DNA from: a candidate division Kazan bacterium RIFCSPHIGHO2_01_FULL_44_14
GTDB lineage: Bacteria; Patescibacteriota; Kazan-3B-28
Direction of reading: 5' to 3'
Assembly (NCBI GenBank): GCA_001771185.1
Contig: METB01000001.1
Span: 503,200 to 567,199, forward strand
Length of the DNA stretch: 64,000 nucleotides
A model generated the notes under the pieces. The model worked only from the letters and a program-made list of their open reading frames with translations. It made no database searches and had not been told where the DNA came from. Positions 1-8,523 of the stretch are shown here, one piece after another. The position numbers and the translations under genes were made by a program. How positions within the stretch are numbered: position 1 is the first letter of the stretch; the number at the start of each line of letters is the position of its first letter.

Positions 1-116
1 GAACCGCTTTGCCCCGTTGGGCAAAAGCCCTCATCAAGTCATGAAAATCACCCAAAGTCCAGCTCCCCGAGGATTAGGGCGGATTAGTAGAAATATGTCT
101 CCAGAGCATAAAAATA

Positions 117-145
117 CTTGACTGGGAGCGACTTTTGTGGTAACA
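117..145 (+). promoter_or_regulatory. Candidate sigma70-like promoter (TTGACT - 17 bp - TAACAT) upstream of the DGR target gene
   Basis: ttgact at 117-122 and taacat at 140-145 with 17-bp spacing; ~110-nt leader before the ATG at 256. Confidence 0.3.
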
Positions 146-255
146 TCTGGGTGTTAGCGACTGTGCTGACCCAACACTGAGGAGGCGGTATAACCCGCAA
201 GTTCCGGACACCGGAAAGCCTCGCAGACAGTTGGTTACAATAAGGGAGACTTCAA

Positions 256-1158
256 ATGCAGAAGTCACTTACCGCAGGCCAGATCAAGCAGATCTTGGGC
301 TTTCTGCGTGACGTGCTGATCGTCATCGGTCTGGGTTTCTACCAGGCTCAGGCTTTCATCAACGACAAGACCCGAGTGGACAAGTTCAAGGAGGACTTCA
401 AGGCCCTTCTGAATGCGAGCCTCAAGGTCAACCCGTACATCAAAGAACGGGTCAAGCAGGCCTGGTTCTATCCAAAGAACTGGAAGGTCAAGAATGTCAC
501 CGAGCAACTCGCCAAGCTCACCGAACTCTTCCCGGGTATCGACCTGTCACAGGTCGAGGCTCTGGTTGCCAAGGTGACTTTGCAGAAGTGGCATGACGGC
601 ATCGCCGTTCTGCCCAAGCTCTCGTTTCTGGGACTGCTGTGGGGGATCGCTGATCCCTATGGCAAGGGCTACGGTCTCATCTGCGAGAAGCTGTTCGAGC
701 TGATCGCTGGAAGCCGTGCCTTCCATAACTACCGGGCTGGGCAGATGAACGATCAGTACATTCGCATCATGGAGCAAGTTCGCGAACAGCTGAAAAAGCT
801 GGAAGCGGAAACTCCTGGCGATGTTCTCGTTCTCGCCTTCGACTTCGGCAAGACCTATGCCGGATACAGTCCACGCAACGCTCGCCACGAAGCACTGAAC
901 AACAATCAGCTCCCGCTGATTACCGCTCAGGTGGCGTCCCTTCTGCTGACTATGCCCGACCGTCTCACTGCCTGGGAGCAACTCTTCATCGATTGCTCCG
1001 GCGACGAGTGGGATTGGGACGCTGTTGGCCGCTGGTTGTACTCCGTCTGTTTCCGCTTCGACGACGGCCGGTTGCGCTTCGACAGCGGGAATGCCGACGC
1101 TCCGAGCGACGACTATGGTTCGGTGGTTGCGTCCCTCGGGAGTGTCCCTGGGGTCTAG
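256..1158 (+). CDS. DGR target (variable) protein; its C-terminal ~45 aa are encoded by the variable repeat (VR)
   Basis: 300-aa ORF with RBS agggag upstream. The last 132 nt match the downstream TR except at TR-adenine positions. TR codons in the target frame are mostly AAC, the usual DGR codon. No recognisable N-terminal domain. Confidence 0.75.
   Translation: MQKSLTAGQIKQILGFLRDVLIVIGLGFYQAQAFINDKTRVDKFKEDFKALLNASLKVNPYIKERVKQAWFYPKNWKVKNVTEQLAKLTELFPGIDLSQVEALVAKVTLQKWHDGIAVLPKLSFLGLLWGIADPYGKGYGLICEKLFELIAGSRAFHNYRAGQMNDQYIRIMEQVREQLKKLEAETPGDVLVLAFDFGKTYAGYSPRNARHEALNNNQLPLITAQVASLLLTMPDRLTAWEQLFIDCSGDEWDWDAVGRWLYSVCFRFDDGRLRFDSGNADAPSDDYGSVVASLGSVPGV
1013..1144 (+). repeat. DGR variable repeat (VR)
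   Basis: 132 nt aligning 1:1 with 1479..1610. There are 16 mismatches and every one has A in TR against G/T/C in VR. The last ~38 nt (ctatggttcggtggttgcgtccctcgggagtg) are identical and GC-rich, as expected for an IMH-like 3' end. Confidence 0.85.
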
Positions 1159-1204
1159 ATCCCTTGTCCCTTTTGACCCCTGTGTCCTTGAGTTCGAGTT
1201 TTGT

Positions 1205-1225
1205 GGGGCAGACCTAGTCTGCCCC
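1205..1225 (+). promoter_or_regulatory. GC-rich hairpin (ggggcagac-cta-gtctgcccc) ~60 nt downstream of VR, followed by a T-run; DGR-associated stem-loop and/or terminator of the target gene
   Basis: perfect 9-bp stem with a 3-nt loop, then tttctttttg. Confidence 0.5.
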
Positions 1226-1478
1226 TTTCTTTTTGCCAATATTTAAGTAAGATACCCAAGAGAGTAGGTTTATGTCTTGGGGTTTACGGATCTCAAGCAC
1301 CGAAATTGTGTCTTTCGTGACCCAGTCCGAGTCGGGCATGACTCCGGTCTGCCCGAGAGCACTGACCGATTTTAGACACTCCTTGCCTCTCATAAGTTTG
1401 AGGGTTAGTCCCCACATAAAATACAGCGAAGGCTATCTGACACTTAGCTCGCAGTGACCTGGATAGTGAGGAGGCAAA

Positions 1479-1610
1479 ATTGGGACGCTGATGGCCACTG
1501 GTTGAACTCCGTCTATTTCAACTTCAACGACGGCCAGTTGAACTTCGACAACAGGAATGCCAACGATCCGAACGACAACTATGGTTCGGTGGTTGCGTCC
1601 CTCGGGAGTG
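1479..1610 (+). repeat. DGR template repeat (TR)
   Basis: same length as VR; all 16 differences are adenines in this copy; lies between target and RT in the same orientation as VR. Confidence 0.85.
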
Positions 1611-2117
1611 TTAACGATTAATGCTTCGCATCCAGCCTCCAAGCATTTTGCCTAGCTCCTGGAGGCTGGATTGCAGAGCTAAGTATTGTTTGTCGCTAAT
1701 AGCTTTCACTTCAAAACTCATTCTTACCAATATCTTAATAAGCTCCAGTTTGGAGTTAGCGTTATGCAGGAGTTGAGTTTTTTCAGTTCCAACTGGTAAC
1801 TTGCTGGCACCCAGCAACAACTCCAGCAACTCAAGGGTTTGATGCGTAACATTCTGACCCAAGGTGTGTTTGTCTGCCTTGGGAAATTTGACTAGAATTC
1901 TGTGAAATTGGAGGAAGAAATCATGAACATGCTGAACAATCGGGATTTGCTCAAAAAGTTGCGGGGGGGGGGGCGTTAAAAGGCTTCTTTTCCATAATGG
2001 GGTGTTTGACCAAATTATTTCGTTAGAAAACTTGCTTACGGCCTGGTACGAGTTTCGGAACGGGAAACGCAGTAAGCCAGATGTCCAAGAATTTGAATAT
2101 ACACTTGAGGATAACAT
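1611..2117 (-). CDS. avd: Avd-like accessory variability determinant (four-helix-bundle, 23S-IVS protein-like family); encoded antisense to target/TR/RT
   Basis: ORF residues ~58-168 (FPKADKHTLGQ...LELIKILVRMSFEVKAISDKQYLALQSSLQELGKMLGGWMRSINR) resemble Bordetella phage Avd and the PF05635 pattern, including the C-terminal LG(S/G)W motif. Its stop abuts the TR 3' end. The annotated N-terminal 50 aa overlap the RT start antisense, so the true start is uncertain. An ATG at 1993-1995 (minus strand) would come into frame if the poly-G tract were 10 nt instead of 11. Confidence 0.65.
   Translation of the reverse strand: MLSSSVYSNSWTSGLLRFPFRNSYQAVSKFSNEIIWSNTPLWKRSLLTPPPPQLFEQIPIVQHVHDFFLQFHRILVKFPKADKHTLGQNVTHQTLELLELLLGASKLPVGTEKTQLLHNANSKLELIKILVRMSFEVKAISDKQYLALQSSLQELGKMLGGWMRSINR
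1963..1973. repeat. Homopolymeric G11 tract (encodes PPPP of Avd) between the divergent avd 5' end and the RT start
   Basis: gcgggggggggggcg read directly from the sequence. Confidence 0.9.
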
Positions 2118-3015
2118 ATTCCAGCTACATCGAGAGCTGGTGGCGGGTACCTACCAGCATACGAGTTATCACCAGTTTCGGCTGAGTGATCCGAAGCCCA
2201 GAATCATCAGTAAGGCGACTGTTCGAGATCGGATTCTCCACAAGGCAATCTACCGAATTCTCTATCCGGCTTTTGACACTACCTTTATATATGACAGCTA
2301 TTCTTGCCGGGACTATAAGGGAACTCATGCGGCATTTCTAAGGACTAAACAGATTGCTCGTAAAGTCAGCCGGAACTACACCGGGCAGTGCTGGGCTCTT
2401 AAATGTGATGTTCGTAAATTCTTCGATAGCGTTGATCATGAAATATTGATGGGCTTACTCGAGGAGAGAATCCATGACGAAAAGATGATGGGTTTACTTG
2501 CGGGAATCATTAGAAGCTTTGAGTTTAAGCCTGGGCAGGGGATGCCGCTCGGTAATTTGACCTCTCAGCTCTTTGCTAATGTTTACCTTGACCCGTTAGA
2601 TAAGTTTGTTAAACACCAGCTCAAGATTAAGTACTATCTGCGGTATGCTGATGACTTCATTTTCTTTGCTGACAACCCAGATGAATTGATGGGTTATTTT
2701 ATAGAAGTGGCCAGGTTTCTAAGGACCGAGCTTAAGCTACAAGTCCATCCCAATAAGACCATACTTCGGAAACTCAAGTGGGGGATTGATTTTGTCGGAT
2801 ATATGGCTTTTGCTCATCATGATTTGCCCCGGAGAAAAACAGCAGATCGGATAGTTAGAGGTTTGGAGAGCTCAATCGCCCAAGAGGACGAGAACGTTGA
2901 AAGCCGGTATCAGTCGTATCTAGGGTATCTATCCCATGTCGATAGTTTCGGGCGAAAAAGCCAGTTAGCTAAGATGATGGGGTATGCCACGGATCCGGCT
3001 GAAGTCAAGAAATGA
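2002..3015 (+). CDS. DGR reverse transcriptase
   Basis: RT motifs including YADD (YLRYADDFIFFA) and the DGR-type motif LGNLTSQ in place of group II QGxxxSP. 337 aa with no endonuclease or large maturase domain. GTG start at 2002. Adjacent TR/VR pair. Confidence 0.85.
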   Translation: MFDQIISLENLLTAWYEFRNGKRSKPDVQEFEYTLEDNIFQLHRELVAGTYQHTSYHQFRLSDPKPRIISKATVRDRILHKAIYRILYPAFDTTFIYDSYSCRDYKGTHAAFLRTKQIARKVSRNYTGQCWALKCDVRKFFDSVDHEILMGLLEERIHDEKMMGLLAGIIRSFEFKPGQGMPLGNLTSQLFANVYLDPLDKFVKHQLKIKYYLRYADDFIFFADNPDELMGYFIEVARFLRTELKLQVHPNKTILRKLKWGIDFVGYMAFAHHDLPRRKTADRIVRGLESSIAQEDENVESRYQSYLGYLSHVDSFGRKSQLAKMMGYATDPAEVKK

Positions 3016-3260
3016 GACAGCAAAGCCTATAGCCCTGCCACTGTCTCATTTGTCTCATTTCCTCCTAAGGTTCTATAATTGACCGTGATGCCTCAACTGC
3101 TTCTCAAAAGATCCGAATTATCTCCTTAGGATTTGGTTCTGAACCGAGCTGTGGAGCCAACCAATGCGCGAGCAAAGCGACCCAGATGCGTCAGTTCAGT
3201 CCAGAAGCGGAAAACCTCTTCTTAGGGGGCTGTTTTGTGCTATGACGGGGTACATTATAT

Positions 3261-3295
3261 AGTGAATGGAATGCTATTTATAGTGTCCATTCACT
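3261..3295. promoter_or_regulatory. Inverted repeat agtgaatgga-N15-tccattcact 60 nt upstream of fic; possible operator
   Basis: perfect 10-bp arms. Confidence 0.3.
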
Positions 3296-3354
3296 AAAGA
3301 TTGACTTTTAGAGATAAATAGAATATACTGTCTCTATGAGCATTATTAAAACCT

Positions 3355-4251
3355 ATGGCTATAACAAAACCAATTAAAGGTCGTATTCAGGCTCTTAAAG
3401 CCCAGTATGATGTTCTCCGCAAAGGCAAGGACTCGCTTTTGGTTATGATCGATGAGGCGGAAGTACCGGAGAGTGTCTACAACTCCAACGCTATCGAGAA
3501 CTCGACCCTTACCCTCAAGGAAACTGAAAAAATTCTCTTAGATATGGAAGTTGCTCGAGGTGTTTCTTTGCGTGAAGTTTACGAGGCAAAAAATCTTGCT
3601 CGAGTCATCGACTACATTCGCACCAAATCAAAAGAGACGGAAGTAAACCGTGAGCTTATATTACTCCTGCACCAGATGCTTATCGGTGGTATTGATGATA
3701 AAATCGCTGGTCGCTTTCGTGGCCCAGGCGAATATGTCCGAGTTGGTACGCACATTGCTCCTGCTCCAGAACAAGTGGAGAAATTGATTGCATCTATCAT
3801 TACCGAATACACGAGTGATATGTCTGCTTACTTTTTGGACAAGATCTCCAAGTTCCATTTAGAGTTTGAAACTGTTCATCCGTTTAATGATGGCAACGGC
3901 CGTATCGGACGGGTACTTATCAACTATCAGCTCCAACGGCTTGGCTTCCCGAGTGTCATCGTTCGGGATCGGGAGAAAAAAGAATACTACAAGTCCTTTG
4001 GCGATTATCGTGACGACAAAAACACCAAGACTCTTGGAAAGGTAGTCTATCTTGGGTTGATGGAGTCACTTCATAAACGGATTACTTACCTCAAAGGAGA
4101 CAAAGTTATTCGACTTTCTGAATATACAAAAAGCCACGCCAAGTCTGCTTCGGCAATAACAAACGCCGCGCGTCGACAGAACATCCCTGCTTTCAGAGAG
4201 AAGGGTGTTTGGAAGATTCCGGAGAATTTTAAGTACGAAGCAAGCAAATAA
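3355..4251 (+). CDS. fic: Fic-domain protein (AMPylase family), class II with N-terminal inhibitory motif
   Basis: HPFNDGNGRIGR matches the Fic motif HxFx(D/E)GNGRxxR; N-terminal SNAIEN matches the inhibitory (S/T)xxxE(G/N) motif. Confidence 0.85.
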   Translation: MAITKPIKGRIQALKAQYDVLRKGKDSLLVMIDEAEVPESVYNSNAIENSTLTLKETEKILLDMEVARGVSLREVYEAKNLARVIDYIRTKSKETEVNRELILLLHQMLIGGIDDKIAGRFRGPGEYVRVGTHIAPAPEQVEKLIASIITEYTSDMSAYFLDKISKFHLEFETVHPFNDGNGRIGRVLINYQLQRLGFPSVIVRDREKKEYYKSFGDYRDDKNTKTLGKVVYLGLMESLHKRITYLKGDKVIRLSEYTKSHAKSASAITNAARRQNIPAFREKGVWKIPENFKYEASK

Positions 4252-4369
4252 AATTTATGTTAGAGGAAATCGCCACACAACAGAATCCAACCGAGACCGA
4301 GTTGTGGAGCCAGAGAATAATCAGCTATGGAAGCTGGTTATTTTTATACCCAAGTGATATGTTAGAACC

Positions 4370-4762
4370 ATGAAAGATAGAGATAGGGTTGCAGGTCTGA
4401 TTATCCAAGATGGCAAATTGTTGCTAGTCACTGGATACGACGCTGACTACTATTGGACGCCAGGAGGGAAGATGGATGGAGGCGAAGACCATGAACAAGC
4501 CCTAAGAAGGGAGATGAAGGAAGAGCTTGGTATTGATATCAGTAATCCCAGGTTCTTTACTCAGATGGAGTACTTCAATTCTCACAGCGAAAAACAACAG
4601 GTGAGCCATTACTACTTAGTGGATTACCGAGGAGAGATTAAGCCTGCTAAGGAGATAACGGGATATAGATTTTTTGGTGCAGAAGAACTCCCTAGGTTTA
4701 CTCATTTTGTAAATGACGACAACCTTCTGTCTAAGCTTTTGTCGGAGAAGCTAGTTCGATAG
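4370..4762 (+). CDS. NUDIX hydrolase
   Basis: Nudix box GGKMDGGEDHEQALRREMKEELGI. Confidence 0.8.
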   Translation: MKDRDRVAGLIIQDGKLLLVTGYDADYYWTPGGKMDGGEDHEQALRREMKEELGIDISNPRFFTQMEYFNSHSEKQQVSHYYLVDYRGEIKPAKEITGYRFFGAEELPRFTHFVNDDNLLSKLLSEKLVR

Positions 4763-4835
4763 TTCTGACTTCCTCCAGCCAACGGAGCCATTCGCCAAAC
4801 TCATGGTCTAGTGACCAAAAAGAAAGACGAATAAT

Positions 4836-5804
4836 ATGCCACAAGGATTTTGGAAAAAATTGAAGCGGCCGATTATGGCGCTGGCGCCGATGGCGGATGT
4901 GACTGACGCGGCTTTTCGTAGGTTAATTTCCAAACATGGCAAGCCGGATGTGATGTGGACGGAGTTTGTGTCGTGTGATGGATTGTGTTCAGACAAAGGC
5001 AGACCGATGTTGATGCGAGCATTAAAGTTTGATATATCGGAGCGACCAATTGTCGCCCAGATTTTTGGGAGTACTCCAGAGCATTTTTATACATGTGCCA
5101 AGCTTTTAAAAAAACTGAAATTTGACGGAATTGATATCAATATGGGCTGTCCTGATAAAAAAGTAGAGAAGCAGGGAGGCGGGGCTAAACTCATGCTAAA
5201 TCCAAAATTAGCGCAGGAAATTATTCGGCAAACTAAGCGGGGAGCGGGTGGCTTACCGGTCTCGGTCAAGACCCGGCTGGGTTACAGTCAGCGAAATATC
5301 CAGGAATGGGTAAAGGCGCTAATCGAAACTGAACCAGCGGTAATTATCGTTCATGCCAGAACCCGCAAAGAAATGTCAAAGGTGCCAGCGGATTGGAAGG
5401 CGATTAAAGAGGTTGTACAATTGGTGAAAAAGTCGGGTAAAGATATTTTGGTGATTGGAAATGGGGATGTAAAAAGTGTGGCGGAAGCCAGGCGTCTGGC
5501 TAAAATATCTGGTGCGGATGGGGTGATGGTGGGTAGAGGGGTGTTTGGCAACCCTTGGTTTTTTAACAAAACTAAAAATAAGGTATTACTAAAGGAAAAG
5601 TTGACCGTGATGGTCGAACATGCCAAGTTGTTTGAAAAACTGACTCCCAATCAAAGTTTTTCGATTATGAAAAAGCATTTTAAGGCCTATGTGGCCGGAT
5701 TTGATGGGGCAAATCAACTTCGGGCTAAGTTGATGACGACTAAAAACAGCGCGGAAGTGGCTAAATTGGTCAAAGCTTGGGATTTAGTCATTGTTCGGAA
5801 ATAA
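4836..5804 (+). CDS. dus: tRNA-dihydrouridine synthase (Dus family)
   Basis: N-terminal ALAPMADVTDAAFRRL with a TIM-barrel flavoenzyme pattern. Confidence 0.8.
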   Translation: MPQGFWKKLKRPIMALAPMADVTDAAFRRLISKHGKPDVMWTEFVSCDGLCSDKGRPMLMRALKFDISERPIVAQIFGSTPEHFYTCAKLLKKLKFDGIDINMGCPDKKVEKQGGGAKLMLNPKLAQEIIRQTKRGAGGLPVSVKTRLGYSQRNIQEWVKALIETEPAVIIVHARTRKEMSKVPADWKAIKEVVQLVKKSGKDILVIGNGDVKSVAEARRLAKISGADGVMVGRGVFGNPWFFNKTKNKVLLKEKLTVMVEHAKLFEKLTPNQSFSIMKKHFKAYVAGFDGANQLRAKLMTTKNSAEVAKLVKAWDLVIVRK

Positions 5805-6061
5805 TTTTGGCAGTTATCCCCATTCTCTTGTCTTTACTTTTGACGGGAAAGGCCAATAATTAACTTGATATCATTAATGTTTTTGGGGAGCTCCAAAATG
5901 GCAAAGAAAGCAAAGAAGAGGAAGTAAGGAATTTTCTGATTTCGTATTTTAAAGCGTCCCGATACATGTCGGGGCGCTTTTTGGTGTCAAACCTGGAGCA
6001 ATGGTAAAATAGAAGCAGGGTCGAAATCGGCATATCAAGTTTCATCGAGGTATCATAAATT

Positions 6062-6253
6062 ATGAAGTGGTTAATTTTTATCCTGGTGGTAGTCGGTGCG
6101 ATCAACTGGGGACTCTGGGGTTTCTTCAGTTTTGATTTAATAGCGACCCTGTTTGGCGACATGAGCACTCTAAGCCGGGTAATCTATGGCTTAGTTGGCT
6201 TGTCCGGTCTCTATATGCTGTTTACCTACGGCACATGGGTAGGTAAAAAGTAA
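6062..6253 (+). CDS. DUF378-family small membrane protein
   Basis: AINWGLWGFF motif, two TM helices, 63 aa. Confidence 0.6.
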   Translation: MKWLIFILVVVGAINWGLWGFFSFDLIATLFGDMSTLSRVIYGLVGLSGLYMLFTYGTWVGKK

Positions 6254-6279
6254 ATTGTTTGTTTGTTAGTTAATTGATG

Positions 6280-6348
6280 AGCGTCCCGCCAATTTAGGGT
6301 TAGTTAACGAGATTGCCTCGACGACGAACTTTAAATTGGCGGGACGCT
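6280..6348. terminator. Long hairpin (16-bp perfect stem agcgtcccgccaattt / aaattggcgggacgct)
   Basis: inverted repeat between the DUF378 gene and the pseudouridine synthase gene. Confidence 0.4.
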
Positions 6349-6393
6349 TAATTATTTTCTCGGTAATGGTTCGAGGTATACTACTTATCAGCA

Positions 6394-7086
6394 ATGGCAA
6401 AAGAACGACTACACAAATTTTTGGCTCGGGCGGGAGTGGCTAGCCGTCGTCAGGCGGAGGAGATGATTCGTCGAGGACTGATTCGAGTCAATGGAGAGAA
6501 ATCCAAGATCGGGGATTCGATTGATCCCAAGCAGGATAAGGTGTTCTATGCTGGTCGACCAGTGATGGTCAGGACAGCGATTATCTATGCTTTCAATAAA
6601 CCAGTTGGAGTTACTTCGACCCTTCGCGATCCGCATGCTGATAAAACGATTGGGGATTTTTTCCCAAAAGACAGACGCGTTTATCCGGTTGGACGATTAG
6701 ATAAATACAGCGGCGGATTAATTTTGGTGACCAACGATGGTGAGCTGGCCAATTTATTAATGCATCCTCGTTATAATCACGAAAAAGAATATGCGGTTGA
6801 ATTACGGGGAGAAAATGATAGTAATTTACAAAAGTTTACCGGCCGATACGAACTGGATGAGTTAAAGACCCAACCAATGCAATTAAAATCAATTCAGCGA
6901 TTGGCTACCAAACGATGGCGAATTCATTTAATTTTGAAGGAGGGTAAAAAACGGCAGATCCGTCGAATCGCACAAATGTTAGGTTATCAAGTCGAACGAC
7001 TAACCCGTCTGCGAGTTGGTAAATTGCGGTTGGATGACCTAAAGGCCGGCAAGTGGAGAATTGTGAAGCGGGAGGATATAATTTAG
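6394..7086 (+). CDS. rRNA pseudouridine synthase (RsuA/RluB family) with N-terminal S4 domain
   Basis: S4 motif LHKFLARAGVASRRQAEEMIRRGLIRVNG; catalytic region GRLDKYSGGLILVTNDGELANLLMHP. Confidence 0.8.
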   Translation: MAKERLHKFLARAGVASRRQAEEMIRRGLIRVNGEKSKIGDSIDPKQDKVFYAGRPVMVRTAIIYAFNKPVGVTSTLRDPHADKTIGDFFPKDRRVYPVGRLDKYSGGLILVTNDGELANLLMHPRYNHEKEYAVELRGENDSNLQKFTGRYELDELKTQPMQLKSIQRLATKRWRIHLILKEGKKRQIRRIAQMLGYQVERLTRLRVGKLRLDDLKAGKWRIVKREDII

Positions 7087-7118
7087 ACGGATTGATAGGT
7101 TCGTTGATTCTCTAGGGT

Positions 7119-7190
7119 GGGCTCGTAGCTCAGTGGTAGAGCAGTCCCCTCATAAGGGACTTGTCCTTGGTTCGATCCCAAGCGAGCCCA
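7119..7190 (+). tRNA. tRNA-Met (anticodon CAU), elongator type
   Basis: cloverleaf with acceptor gggctcg/cgagccc, anticodon loop ctcataa and T-loop ttcgatc; G1-C72 is paired; the acceptor stem is extended by a flanking inverted repeat (ctctagggtg...caccctagag). Confidence 0.8.
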
Positions 7191-7361
7191 CCCTAGAGAG
7201 TGAGCAACGCTATCATTATCCATTTCAAATCAAATCGCCCCGATAGTACGGGGACCCCGAAATAGTCTAACGCAGTGAATATTTTGGGGAGAAAGAGAAA
7301 CGATTGAGTTCTAAAAGCATCCTGGCTTGCCGGGATAGCGTAACGCGAAATTGTTTAGACG

Positions 7362-7436
<75 letters not shown>

Positions 7437-7472
7437 GGTAGATAGTAGCAACTGAAATAGATTTTGTCTACC

Positions 7473-7886
7473 CTAACCGAAGAAATAATCCCACCATTTT
7501 TCAGGATTTCCTGGCTGATGTCGGGTTTCTTCAATGGGCTGATCTTTGATATTGCCTTCTTGGAACCGAGCCGTATCATCCTCGGGAATAATTAACACAA
7601 TTTCGCCAGGTTTCTGATAATTTAATTTTGCTCTGGCCTCTTTGTCTTTGAAGGAATCGGTTTTGCGGTAGGCAATCAAATTCTGAAGATATTTATTTTG
7701 GAGTTTTAATTCAGCATTGTTTTCACGTAAATGTGCCAACTCTCTGTCTAAACTGTAGTTTTGCCAAAGTGCCTGGACAGTCGAAACCACCATGTAGACC
7801 GTAATTACAATTCCCACCGTCATAATTGCCCGGATGCGAAGCTCTCGGCCTTGGGGGAGCTGAATTATCGGTAGTTTTTTAGCCAT
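7473..7886 (-). CDS. Septum-formation initiator-like protein (FtsB/DivIC family)
   Basis: single N-terminal TM helix followed by a coiled coil (LAHLRENNAELKLQNKYLQNLI). Confidence 0.5.
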   Translation of the reverse strand: MAKKLPIIQLPQGRELRIRAIMTVGIVITVYMVVSTVQALWQNYSLDRELAHLRENNAELKLQNKYLQNLIAYRKTDSFKDKEARAKLNYQKPGEIVLIIPEDDTARFQEGNIKDQPIEETRHQPGNPEKWWDYFFG

Positions 7887-7922
7887 GGTATCCTAAGTGT
7901 AGCAAGAACTTAAATCAAATTT

Positions 7923-8180
7923 ATGAACCAAGAGAGACAATATTTTGGAGAGCTGGATGGTAGTAATTTGGAGAAGATGCGCAAAACCCCAGAAGAAGTA
8001 GCGGTCGATACAGCGCGAGAGTTATTTGATTTGATTGGGCCTGAAGGGATTAAATTATTATTGGAGCGGTTGTCACCGGTCCAAACTGGAAATAAACCAG
8101 AAGGATCCAAGAGATCATATCGGCGAGAAATGGATGTGGTTTTTGAAGAGTGGAGACGCCTGCTCAAAAAATTGGCATAA
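7923..8180 (+). CDS. hypothetical small protein
   Basis: 85-aa ORF only; a minus-strand ORF of the same size overlaps it, so the strand is uncertain. Confidence 0.25.
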   Translation: MNQERQYFGELDGSNLEKMRKTPEEVAVDTARELFDLIGPEGIKLLLERLSPVQTGNKPEGSKRSYRREMDVVFEEWRRLLKKLA

Positions 8181-8351
8181 TAACCTTCAAAGAACAGGAT
8201 AATTTTGGTGGTAATATTTTTGGTGCCAGCGACAGGACCCTCCTGTGTTTAATCTTATCGCAAGTAAATCACTTGTCTCTTGCGATATAGATATCACTAT
8301 GGAAGGACAGGTTCGCAGCCCAAGGATTACTTGTCCCGTTAAAAATTTTGG

Positions 8352-8423
8352 TGTCAGGGGCGGGATTCGAACCCGCGACCAGCGGCTTATGAGTCCGCTG
8401 CTCTACCACTGAGCTACCCTGAC
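8352..8423 (-). tRNA. tRNA with CAU anticodon, likely tRNA-Ile2 (lysidine-modified) given the adjacent tilS
   Basis: third CAU-anticodon tRNA in the window (acceptor gtcaggg/ccctgac, T-loop ttcgaat); assignment to Ile2 is inference. Confidence 0.65.
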
Positions 8424-8437
8424 AAAATTTTTAACCG

Positions 8438-8477
8438 GGATGAGTCCGCTGCTCTACTGCTGAGCTACGCTGGCGCA
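8438..8477 (-). pseudogene. Partial duplicate of the 5' half of the neighbouring tRNA (acceptor, D arm and anticodon stem up to CAT)
   Basis: gcgccagcgtagctcagcagtagagcagcggactcat aligns with the 5' half of the 8352..8423 tRNA, then diverges. Confidence 0.5.
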
Positions 8478-8523
8478 TTCTCACCTTGGATGGGTGTGTC
8501 TTTAGTATAGTAGAGATGAGCCA

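Noticed and set aside
547-1642. Minus-strand ORFs (547..1239 and 1433..1642) that both contain NHRTIVV...VGIP...DGVQP peptides
   Set aside because: They are antisense translations of the VR and TR copies, which explains their similarity. The coding strand is the plus-strand target gene.
2002-3015. Reverse transcriptase considered as a group II intron or retron RT
   Set aside because: The protein is short, with no endonuclease domain and no recognisable intron RNA domains (no GUGYG 5' end or domain V). It has the DGR-type LGNLTSQ motif, and an A-biased TR/VR pair plus Avd are adjacent.
5860-6168. 102-aa minus-strand ORF
   Set aside because: Overlaps the better-supported DUF378 gene on the plus strand and has no RBS.
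7200-7360. 160-nt spacer between the convergent tRNA genes, with a ccccgatagtacgggg hairpin, considered as a small RNA
   Set aside because: Only a single short hairpin, with no promoter or conserved motif evident. It is more simply terminator or spacer sequence.
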